Under the pieces are notes generated by a model. That model saw only the letters and a list, made by a program, of their open reading frames with translations. It did no database searches and had not been told where the DNA came from. The position numbers and the translations under genes are program-made. A stretch of DNA of 64,000 bases from Nemertoderma westbladi (taxonomy: Eukaryota > Animalia > Xenacoelomorpha), in NCBI GenBank assembly GCA_032718475.1, contig JAUCBJ010002989.1, forward strand, positions 45,043-109,042, written 5' to 3'. Each line of letters begins with the position of its first letter. The first letter of the stretch is position 1. Shown in pieces: positions 15,901 to 26,880 of this stretch.

Positions 15901-18900
15901 CTGCACTCCGGATGCAAACATCCAATAATGGTCTGTTCTGCACTCCTGTTGTAAACATCCAATAATGGTCTGTTTAGCACTCCTGTTGCAAACATCCAAT
16001 AATGGTCTGTTCAGCATCCGGTTGCAAACATCCAATAATGGTCTGTTCAGCACTCCGGATGCAAACATCCAATAATGGTCTGTTCAGCACTCCGGATGCA
16101 AACATCCAATAATGGTCTGTTCAGCACTCGCGTTGCAAACATCACTAATGGTCTGTTCTGGATCCGGTTGTAAACATCCAATAATGGTCTGTTCAGCACT
16201 CCGGATGCAAACATCCAATAATGGTCTGTTCTGCACTCCTGTTGCAAACATCCAATAATGGTCTGTTTAGCACTCCTGTTGCAAACATCCAATAATGGTC
16301 TGTTCAGCATCCGGTTACAAACATCCAATAATGGTCTGTTCTGCACTCCTGTTGCAAACATCCAATAATGGTCTGTTTAGCACTCCTGTTGCAAACATCC
16401 AATAATGGTCTGTTCTGCACTCCTGTTGCAAACATCCAATAATGGTCTGTTTAGCACTCCTGTTGCAAACATCCAATAATGGTCTGTTCAGCATCCGGTT
16501 GCAAACATCCAATAATGGTCTGTTCAGCATCCGGTTGCAAACATCCAATAATGGTCTGTTCTGCACTCCTGTTGCAAACATCCAATAATGGTCTGTTTAG
16601 CACTCCTATTGCAAACATCCAATAATGGTCTGTTCAGCATCCGGTTGCAAACATCCAATAATGGTCTGTTCAGCATCCGGTTGCAAACATCCAATAATGG
16701 TCTGTTCTGCACTCCTGTTGCAAACATCCAATAATGGTCTGTTCTGCACTCCTGTTGCAAACATCCAATAATGGTCTGTTCTGCACTCCTGTTGCAAACA
16801 TCCAATAATGGTATGTTCTGCACTCCGGTTGCAAACATCCAATAATGGTCTGTTCAGCATCCGGTTGCAAACATCCAATAGTGGTCTGTTCAGCACTCCG
16901 GATGCAAACATCCAATAATGGTCTGTTCTGCACTCCTGTTGCAAACATCCAATAATGGTCTGTTCAGCATCCGGTTGCAAACATCTAATAATGGTCTGTT
17001 CTGCACTCCGGTTGCAAACATCCAATAATGGTCTGTTCAGCATCCGGTTGCAAACATCCAATAATGGTCTGTTCAGCATCCGGTTGCAAACATCTAATAA
17101 TGGTCTGTTCTGCACTCCGGTTGCAAACATCCAATAATGGTCTGTTCAGCATCCGGTTGCAAACATCCAATAATGGTCTGTTCAGCACTCCGGATGCAAA
17201 CATCCAATAATGGTCTGTTCTGCACTCCGGTTGCAAACATCCAATAATGGTCTGTTCAGCATCCGGTTGCAAACATCCAATAATGGTCTGTTCTGCACTC
17301 CTGTTGCAAACATCCAATAATAGTCTGTTCTGCACTCCTGTTGCAAACATCCAATAATGGTCTGTTCTGCAGTCCTGTTGCAAACATCCAATAATGGTCT
17401 GTTCAGCATCCGGTTGCAAACATCCAATGATGGTCTGTTCTGCACTCCTGTTGCAAACATCCAATAATGGTCTGTTCTGCACTCCTGTTGCAAACATCCA
17501 ATAATGGTCTGTTCTGCACTCCGCTTGCAAACATCCAATAATGGTCTGTTCTGCACTCCGGTTGCAAACATCCAATAATGGTCTGTTCAGCATCCGGTTG
17601 CAAACATCCAATAATGGTCTGTTCAGCACACCGGATGCAAACATCCAATAATGGTCTGTTCTGCACTCCTGTTGCAAACATCCAATAATGGTCTCTTCAG
17701 CATCCGGTTGCAAACATCCAATAATGGTCTGTTCTGCACTCCTGTTGCAAACATCCAATAATGGTCTGTTCTGCACTCCTGTTGCAAACATCCAATAATG
17801 GTTTGTTCAGCACTCCGGATGCAAACATCCAATAATGGTCTGTTCTGCACTCCTGTTGCAAACATCCAATAATGGTCTGTTCAGCATTCGGTTGCAAACA
17901 TCCAATAATGGTCTGTTCTGCACTCCTGTTGCAAACATCCAATAATGGTCTGTTCTGCACTCCTGTTGCAAACATCCAATAATGGTCTGTTCAGCATCCG
18001 GTTACAAACATCCAATAATGGTCTGTTCAGCATCCGGTTACAAACATCCACTAATGGTCTGTTCAGCATCCGGTTGCAAACATCCAATAATGGTCTGTTC
18101 AGCATCCGGTTGCAAACATCCAATAATGGTCTGTTCAGCATCCGGTTGCAAACATCCAATAATGGTCTGTTCAGCACTCCGGATGCAAACATCCAATAAT
18201 GGTCTATTCAGCACTCCGGTTGCAAACATCCAATAATGGTCTGTTCAGCATCCGGTTGCAAACATCCAATAATGGTCTGTTCTGCACTCCTGTTGCAAAC
18301 ATCCAATAATGGTCTGTTCAGCATCCGGTTGCAAACATCCACTAATGGTCTGTTCTGCACTCCTGTTGCAAACTTCCAATAATGGTCTGTTTAGCACTCC
18401 GGTTGCAAACATCCAATAATGGTCTGTTTAGCACTCCTGTTGCAAACATCCAATAATGGTCTGTTCTGCACTCCTGTTGCAAACATCCAATAATGGTCTG
18501 TTTAGCACTCCGGTTGCAAACATCCAATAATGGTCTGTTTAGCACTCCGGTTGCAAACATCCAATAATGGTCTGTTTAGCACTCCGGTTGCAAACATCCA
18601 ATAATGGTCTGTTTAGCACTCCTGTTGCAAACATCCAATAATGGTCTGTTCTGCACTCCTGTTGCAAACATCCAATAATGGTCTGTTTAGCACTCCGGTT
18701 GCAAACATCCAATAATGGTCTGTTTAGCACTCCGGTTGCAAACATCCAATAATGGTCTGTTCAGCACTCCGGTTGCAAACATCCACTAATGGTCTGTTCA
18801 GCACTCCGGATGCAAACATCCAATAATGGTCTATTCAGCATCCGGTTACAAACATCCAATAATGGTCTGTTCTGCACTCCTATTTTCATCCGGTTACAAA

Positions 18901-21644
18901 CATCCAATAATGGTCTGTTCAGCACTCCGGATGCAAACATCCAATAATGGTCTGTTCAGCACTCTTGTTGCAAACATCCAATAATGGTCTGTTCTGGATC
19001 CGGTTGCAAACATCCAATAATGGTCTGTTCAGCACTCCGGATGCAAACATCCAATAATGGTCTGTTCTGCACTCCTATTGCAAACATCCAATAATGGTCT
19101 GTTTAGCACTCCTGTTGCAAACATCCAATAATGGTCTGTTCAACATCCGGTTGCAAACATCCAATAATGGTCTGTTCAGCACTCCGGATACAAACATCCA
19201 ATAATGGTCTGTTCTGCACTCCGGATTCAAACATCCAATAATGGTCTGTTCTGCACTCCTGTTATAAACATCCAATAATGGTCTGTTTAGCACTCCTGTT
19301 GCAAACATCCAATAATGGTCTGTTCAGATTCCGGTTGCAAACATCCAATAATGGTCTGTTCAGCACTCCGGATGCAAACATCCAATAATGGTCTGTTCAG
19401 CACTCCGGATGCAAACATCCAATAATGGTCTGTTCAGCACTCGCGTTGCAAACATCCACTAATGGTCTGTTCTGGATCCGGTTGCAAACATCCAATAATG
19501 GTCTGTTCAGCACTCCGGATGCAAACATCCAATAATGGTCTGTTCTGCACTCCTGTTGCAAACATCCAATAATGGTCTGTTTAGCACTCCTGTTGCAAAC
19601 ATCCAATAATGGTCTGTTCAGCATCCGGTTACAAACATCCAATAATGGTCTGTTCTGCACTCCTGTTGCAAACATCCAATAATGGTCTGCTTAGCACTCC
19701 TGTTGCAAACATCCAATAATGGTCTGTTCTGCACTCCTGTTGCAAACATCCAATAATGGTCTGTTTAGCACTCCTGTTGCAAACATCCAATAATGGTCTG
19801 TTCAGCATCCGGTTGCAAACATCCAATAATGGTCTGTTCAGCATCCGGTTGCAAACATCCAATAATGGTCTGTTCTGCACTCCCGTTGCAAACATCCAAT
19901 AATGGTCTGTTTAGCACTCCTGTTGCAAACATCCAATAATGGTCTGTTCAGCATCCGGTTGCAAACATCCAATAATGGTCTGTTCAGCATCCGGTTGCAA
20001 ACATCCAATAATGGTCTGTTCTGCACTCCTGTTGCAAACATCCAATAATGGTCTGTTCTGCACTCCTGTTGCAAACATCCAATAATGGTCTGTTCTGCAC
20101 TCCTGTTGCAAACATCCAATAATGGTCTGTTCAGCATTCCGGATGCAAACATCCAATAATGGTCTGTTCAGCACTCCGGATGCAAACATCCAATAATGGT
20201 CTGTTCAGCATTCGGTTGCAAACATCCAATAATGGTCTGTTCAGCATCCGGTTGCAAACATCCAATAATGGTCTGTTCAGCATCCGGTTACAAACATCCA
20301 ATAATGGTCTGTTCAGCATTCCGGTTACAAACATCCACTAATGGTCTGTTCTGGATCCGGTTGCAAACATCCAATAATGGTCTGTTCAGCATCCGGTTGC
20401 AAACATCCAATAATGGTCTGTTCAGCACTCCGGATGCAAACATCCAATAATGGTCTGTTCTGCACTCCTGTTGCAAACATCCAATAATGATCTGTTCTGC
20501 ACTCCGGTTGCAAACATCCAATAATGGTCTGTTCAGCACTCCGGTTGCAAACATCCAATAATCGTCTGTTCTGCACTCCTGTTGCAAATATCCAATAATG
20601 GTCTGTTTAGCACTCCGGTTGCAAACATCCAATAATGGTCTGTTTAGCACTCCGGTTGCAAACATCCAATAATGGTCTGTTTAGCACTCCTGTTGCAAAC
20701 ATCCAATAATGGTCTGTTCAGCATCCGGTTACAAACATCCAATAATGGTCTGTTCAGCACTCCGGATGCAAACATCCAATAATGGTCTGTTCAGCATCCG
20801 GTTGCAAACATCCAATAATGGTCTGTTCAGCATCCGGTTACAAACATCCAATAATGGTCTGTTCTGCACTCCTATTTTCATCCGGTTACAAACATCCAAT
20901 AATGGTCTGTTCAGCACTCCGGATGCAAACATCCAATAATGGTCTGTTCAGCACTCTTGTTGCAAACATCCAATAATGGTCTGTTCTGGATCCGGTTGCA
21001 AACATCCAATAATGGTCTGTTCAGCACTCCGGATGCAAACATCCAATAATGGTCTGTTCTGCACTCCTGTTGCGAACATCCAATAATGGTCTGTTTAGCA
21101 CTCCTGTTGCAAACATCCAATAATGGTCTGTTCAGCATCCGGTTGCAAACATCCAATAATGGTCTGTTCAGCACTCCGGATGCAAACATCCAATAATGGT
21201 CTGTTCTGCACTCCGGATGCAAACATCCAATAATGGTCTGTTCTGCACTCCTGTTGTAAACATCCAATAATGGTCTGTTTAGCACTCCTGTTGCAAACAT
21301 CCAATAATGGTCTGTTCAGCATCCGGTTGCAAACATCCAATAATGGTCTGTTCAGCACTCCGGATGCAAACATCCAATAATGGTCTGTTCAGCACTCCGG
21401 ATGCAAACATCCAATAATGGTCTGTTCAGCACTCGCGTTGCAAACATCCACTAATGGTCTGTTCTGGATCCGGTTGCAAACATCCAATAATGGTCTGTTC
21501 AGCACTCCGGATGCAAACATCCAATAATGGTCTGTTCTGCACTCCTGTTGCAAACATCCAATAATGGTCTGTTTTGCACTCCTGTTGCAAACATCCAATA
21601 ATGGTCTGTTCAGCATCCGGTTACAAACATCCAATAATGGTCTG
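975..21644. repeat. 36/37-bp tandem satellite/minisatellite array (~560 units), consensus TTCAGCACTCCGGTTGCAAACATCCAATAATGGTCTG
   Basis: Directly visible head-to-tail repeat. The core TGCAAACATCCAATAATGGTCTGTT is nearly invariant. Variation is confined to the adjacent ~11 nt (CAGCACTCCG / TAGCACTCCT / CTGCACTCCT / CAGCATCCG, the last giving a 36-bp unit). The many short repetitive ORFs here are translations of the repeat. Confidence 0.98.
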
Positions 21645-22819
21645 TGTTCGCGCTTTTAAGACCTTTGGCAGTTTAACCCGCCAAATCTATATGTCTTCTA
21701 GGTTATAAATCGACTTTAGCCTATGACAAGTATTTGAGACAAATAAATCCAACATTAGCCGAAGCCAGTCTATGCGCGACCATTCACCCGCTGGATATAC
21801 CCGGGAGACTGGATTCGGATGCTTTAATTTGATTGCGGTGCAGGCCTACCGTACTATTCGATTGATCGTTAATATATAATCTCTGACAAATATTATTCAC
21901 TTTCGGGAAATATTAGCAGTTCCTTTAGGACGTGGCGCTCTATCTATATAAACAGAGCTATGGCTTACACTAAACACAACGGAATGGATTATAAGTTACA
22001 CATAAGGCGCATTCTTTAGGAGATGCTTTGTTACGCGGACAAGCACATACAGACTATTGCACACTGCTGCACACTGAATTGCCGATAGTCACTCACTGAT
22101 TTTAATCATATATAAAGAGAATAGCAACCGACATTTGTAGGGCCTATAAAATAGCATTCAATTCACTACAAACAACGATAATATAAGTCGCAATTGCTAT
22201 ATGTAGCCGGTCTCTCTAACCTTAGTGTATCAAGAAGATCGGGGTTTCTGATCGTTTATCGTTATTCTCCAAATAACAATATGTAAACAACCGATACAAT
22301 TAATAACAAACAGCAAATAGCAGTAAATAATGTGCAATACGTACCGTACCGTTATGTGTTCTTAGTGTCTCGTACCGCTGTACCGATAACAGTTATGTGT
22401 TCTTATAATTAAAGCCGTTCTAATGTTGGAATAATTCAGAATAGTTCCATAGCCGATGTTCATGGCATCAGGAAAACCAACACACTGAACTCTGTGAGCT
22501 GTTGCAGGTAGCTTTCAACACAAAGAGGAAAAGCTCTCATTGGCAGAGTTCCAGTTTCTATAAGTTCCATGAATGTCTAAATGCCAAACCTCCCTAGCCT
22601 TTGCAGCCCATAGCCAACACAAGGCTAAATCGCTCTGATTGGTCGATCATTGTTCTGATTGGTTAATCGAACAGAACAAAGAGGCCATACGTACAGCAAA
22701 TCGGCCAACCAGCGGGCGGATTGTGCCACTAGAAGCAACAGTTTAGAGGATTTGAGCGAATGGGGGAAAACTGGATTACAAATGGAAAAGGCCAGTTATA
22801 TCCCCCTAAAGCTTTTACA
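21645..22819 (-). repeat. 3' LTR of BEL copy 1 (1175 bp)
   Basis: Near-identical to 31882-33051; by eye about 6 substitutions plus a 4-bp and a 1-bp indel. On the minus strand it is preceded by purine-rich CTGGGAGCGG (PPT-like), which also precedes the copy-2 LTR at 49042-49051. Confidence 0.95.
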
Positions 22820-22896
22820 CCGCTCCCAGAAAATGGGATTTAATTATATAAAATATAAAAAATCACAGTTTCTAAAATATAAAAATACTCTAAACA

Positions 22897-24420
22897 GTTA
22901 GTCTTTCTTGCGCGGACGGCGTTTACGCAGTTTCTTGAGGCTAGCAAGAGTCCTTTTCTCTTTGGGGCGAGCCACTTTACTAGGAGGGCTATAACTCCTG
23001 GGTGAAGGGTGCAATACAATTGCATCAGAAGGTTTAAGGTTACGGTCGGTGTCTCGTCCATTTCGATATGCTTCTCCTCGAGCTGATTTTCCTCCGCTTG
23101 TCGTTGGATACGTTCGTCCAAAACTCTCGCAGAGAATAGGGTTGTCTAAGTTCGATATCTTCTTAGAGATTCTGGATTTCCCAATCGAACTGAGATAAAG
23201 CTAATTCGTTTACCGCTTGGACTTGCTGCTGCAATTTACGTTTCTCTAAACAATTATAGGTTCCTTTTCCGATCTTTTGACGAATAGTGTCTAACGCGTT
23301 TCGTACAACTCTCTCCTCCGCCTTGGTGACAGGTTGTATCGGGTTAAACAGGGACGATGATACGGTTGAATGGCGATATTAGGTGTCCGCGTCCCAATAC
23401 GGCTAAGTAAGATGGGCTAATATCTAGGAAGCCCACAACCGGGGTGCCACCGACTAATTGTTCAGGTAACACTAGATCTTTGAACAGTGAATACAGCTCG
23501 GGAGGATCCGTCATACTAATAGGATCAAGAGTCTGAGGTCTCACTAGGGAATGAGGAGGTCTGATCGAGTATTCCGGAACTCTGATCGTTGGTTTATTTA
23601 AGGATCGTCTGAGTCGAACGAGCGTAGGTGATACGTCAAACAAATTTCGCTCGAAACTCCCGTAAGTATAGCGAGTAAAACCGTGTTTAATACAACGTCT
23701 CCACGGATGTTTAGGTCTTTCCGTTTGTTGGTTGGGTCTAGGGCATCCATCGCAACAACACCAAAGACGCACGTCTTGTAGGGGAAACTCGAGTGATCTT
23801 TCTCCAGTTCACAATACTCCTCCATCCGTTCGAAGCTATCCGGTGCAACAGGCAGCGGTCGATCAGCGGTAAGATACATCATAGTGGAATAGAGCCGTTT
23901 GAGTTCTACCATGCGGTCATGATGTATACTTGGAGGATATCGAGTTTCTAGATTCTGTTGACTGGTAATATTGAGATATGTTTCTCTCAAGAATTCCAGA
24001 TATTTTGGTGAAGTCGCTGCGTTTATCCGGCTCTTCAACATCTTCACTTTCGAGTCGGTTTCGAATCGAATTTTCATGTTCGAGTCTCAGTTTATCGTTC
24101 CGCTTCCGCTGGGTATGATATTTAAATAAAACCATTTCCCTTTTGGTGTCTATATCGTTCGTATCGTGTAGGTCGATAGGATGACCAGTAGTTAAGAAGT
24201 CCATATACGTACCATTACGATGTGTATAGCGAGCGGTGAATTTTCTACAGTCCAATTCACGCGTAAGTTGCTTCCGGGACATTGGCGGTTAGATATAACG
24301 ACCATCGTCCTCCGTAGTAGTTGGACCAGTGTCGCCGCGTATCAAGCTATCAACAAACGCTTGTAAAGGTAGAGTATATCGCTCCCTGATACCAAGATCA
24401 TCTTCTATCAACTCAATCAT
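22897..24420 (-). pseudogene. Degraded, internally deleted accessory ORF3 of BEL copy 1
   Basis: ORF fragments 23917-24282, 23598-24077, 23344-23772 and 22840-23121 align to the proteins at 44721-48973, with stops and frameshifts. A junction near 23052 joins copy-2 positions ~46090 and ~48817 (about 2.7 kb missing). Confidence 0.9.
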
Positions 24421-26375
24421 ATCTGCTATATAAGTTTATCCATATTATAATGAGTTTATATTTAGGCGAGCGGGCGTCGCTGCCTACCCCTCTCTGCCCC
24501 CGGACAGTGTAAGATCCTCAGCGCCGATATACCGTCGTCGCTGTGCTTTCGCCAACGATGTAGCTACACAACGACAACGATAACCGGCACAAGTCACTCC
24601 ACTGTCCGTCCCAAAGGCTTAGATGTACTTCAGGTTCTTACTGGAGAGTTAGGGTTACAATTGCGACTCGCTACTGTAAACACACCTTAGTAGTAACATT
24701 CACCTACAAACGCACAAATTCCACGTAACTGTCACAAATTGTACACATTCTATCACACATTCGGGTCATTTGTCCGTTAGTCAAGTGCCTTCCAGAATGT
24801 CACGTTGTTATTATGTATCCTTGGATACTAGCGGTGTGCTATTTATTCCGTATGCTATTCAATGAGCAAGCTTTTTATTGTTCTGTTAACTCGCTTCTAA
24901 TTCTAGCGTGGTTGTTGCTATGGTGACATTATGGAAAGCTAGCAGTAGAATTAGGGTAATTCTCATGCATACAGATCTGGGATGCTATTTAATAGTAAGT
25001 CTTTAATGGTCAATATCATCTTTATATATGATTTTATGAATTTTATCGGCTATTGACTATATATTGGAGATTCTCGCACACTAATATACTTAATAGGGTG
25101 AATCTCCGCTCCCATGATCTATTAATTAATGGAATTTTGGGAATATTATAAATTGTATAAAATAACAATTTATCAAATTCATTAAAAGATGAATTTAAAT
25201 TTATTCCCGTAATTTTATTATTTAATATTAAATAGACACAATTTTATTCCAGAACAAGTCTGTGGACTGGGATCCTTGATTCTAGGAATTGATCTTTTTA
25301 AGAATATCGGTAAGTGCTACGATATCTTAATAGACTAGAATTTTAAAGGATCTAAAATTTGACAGATTTTATAAATATTAATAATTAATATTTAGGATGG
25401 GCACCAGTTTATTCCAGAACAAGTCTGGGGACATTAACCACTGATTCTAGAATTTTGTCTTTCAAGTATATCGGTGGGTGCCGTGATATCTTAATCGACT
25501 AGAATTGCAAATGGTCAAAGGGTTTAACAGATTTATTTTGCGTTATTACGCTACTGTTAAAGGGACATCACGCTACTATATGTATTATTTAATATACGGT
25601 ATGAGAGCAATATCGCACGAAGCAATGTCAGTGTGAAGAGGCAAGTCGTTTCCAAGGTCTACCCAGAGCTTGGTTTAGCCGAGACACGAGGATCTGAACT
25701 TTGCATTCCTAATACTCTGCCTACCAATAATACTTAAATATAGTAGTGGCTTTATTGTACTTTAATAAGTACGGATATTTCATCTTACTGTAGTCACGTA
25801 TTTATAATATGATACGGACAGTAAGGAAAGAGAAAAAGAATTATTTCTCGCCGTCGCACTAAATATAATATATAAGTAATTAAGTAATAAACACTAATAT
25901 ATTGCACTAATCTACTAAATAATCACTAAATAACATTCTACTAAATAAAATTAAAGAAAACGATTATAATAAAATTACATAATAATACATACATAATATA
26001 AAATAATAAAAATAAATATAAAATAATGTAGTCACACACCCACTCCGTATGTTGTTACGTTATGGAGTTCCTAGATATTTGTTGGATTAGGGAGGTGGTC
26101 GTGGGAAGAGTATCTTGCCTTCCATAGTTTCCGGACAGTTTTCGGTCTCTTTCCAGTAAACATAAACGACCAGCTGGGCGATTGAGTGGTTGTGTTACTT
26201 TCTCCGCTCCCTTGGCCTGTCTAATCTTCACCGGGGTAAGATGAGGAGGCCATTCATCTTCTTTACTTAGGAAGTCGGGTCCACCTAACCGGTCTGGAGT
26301 ATCTGTAAGTTCTTGAGGAGTTGCTCCTCTGGAAGCGATGTCGGCTAGATTGATCGTCTCGGGGCAATGTCTCCA

Positions 26376-26710
26376 ATGGTTTCTACAACACTGTATAATA
26401 GTTATTCTTTGAGGCATGGTTGCCATTTCTGGCAGAGCACGGGAATAACGTTGTACTTTCCTATGAGTGACTGTAAAAGGCCTATATATGATAGCCCACT
26501 CCAAAGTGAATAAATCTTCTACCGCCCTGGTAGCTCAGTGGTCTTAGGAAACACACTCGGCTGATGATAACCGGAAGTTTGAAACCTAGGTACCGAGTTC
26601 GAGCCCCAATAGGGGCGGTTGATATTTTTCACTATGGAGAGCATTATCATAATGTACTATAACATTTATTTAATTCGCCGTCACCCTCCCCACAACAATT
26701 CATTTATAAT
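26376..26710 (+). mobile_element. 335-bp retrozyme/SINE-like insertion with 11-bp TSD
   Basis: Flanked by CAATGTCTCCA at 26365-26375 and 26711-26721. The orthologous site in copy 2 (~41071-41081) has a single copy and no insert. Contains Pol III A/B-like boxes and a hammerhead motif. Confidence 0.85.
26555..26598 (+). ncRNA. Type I hammerhead ribozyme (short palindromic stem III)
   Basis: Stem I ACTCGG (26555-60)/CCGAGT (26593-98). Core CTGATGA (26561-67). Stem II AAC/GTT around a CGGAA loop, closed by a non-canonical U-U. GAAA (26581-84). Palindromic stem III ACCTAGGT (26584-91). Cleavage triplet GUA, with predicted cut after 26592. Confidence 0.8.
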
Positions 26711-26880
26711 CAATGTCTCCATTGATCTACATTGGAGTTGATGTCGTCATTATCTGAGGAGTATGGTGTTCCCTCAGTTGGGTCGTCAACTTCACTGCTC
26801 TCCACTTCCCGTTCACTTAATTGATATACCTGTTCTTTTGGTAATCTTTCCATAAGAGTTCTACGAGAAGGGCCAGTAAA

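Larger units (their letters stand above)
26055..26880 (-). pseudogene. Remnant pol of BEL copy 1 (RT/RNase H and integrase deleted)
   Basis: Peptides WRHCPETINLADIASRG...KGAEKV and LNRPAGRLCLLERD match copy-2 pol segments that lie ~1.7 kb apart. A second junction near 26730 removes most of RT-RNase H. Confidence 0.9.

Noticed and set aside
917-21634. Dozens of ORFs such as MFATGVLNRPLLDVCNR...
   Set aside because: Translations of the 36/37-bp repeat in all frames; no unique domain or consistent frame.
975-21644. CRISPR-like look of a constant ~26-bp core alternating with a variable segment
   Set aside because: The variable parts are only ~10 nt and drawn from a handful of recurring variants, not unique spacers. 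There are no cas genes and the context is eukaryotic.
26521-26619. Functional tRNA gene (Asn-like segment CGGCTG...TAACCG)
   Set aside because: The T-stem does not pair and the anticodon region is expanded. It is better explained as Pol III boxes around a hammerhead in a mobile insert.
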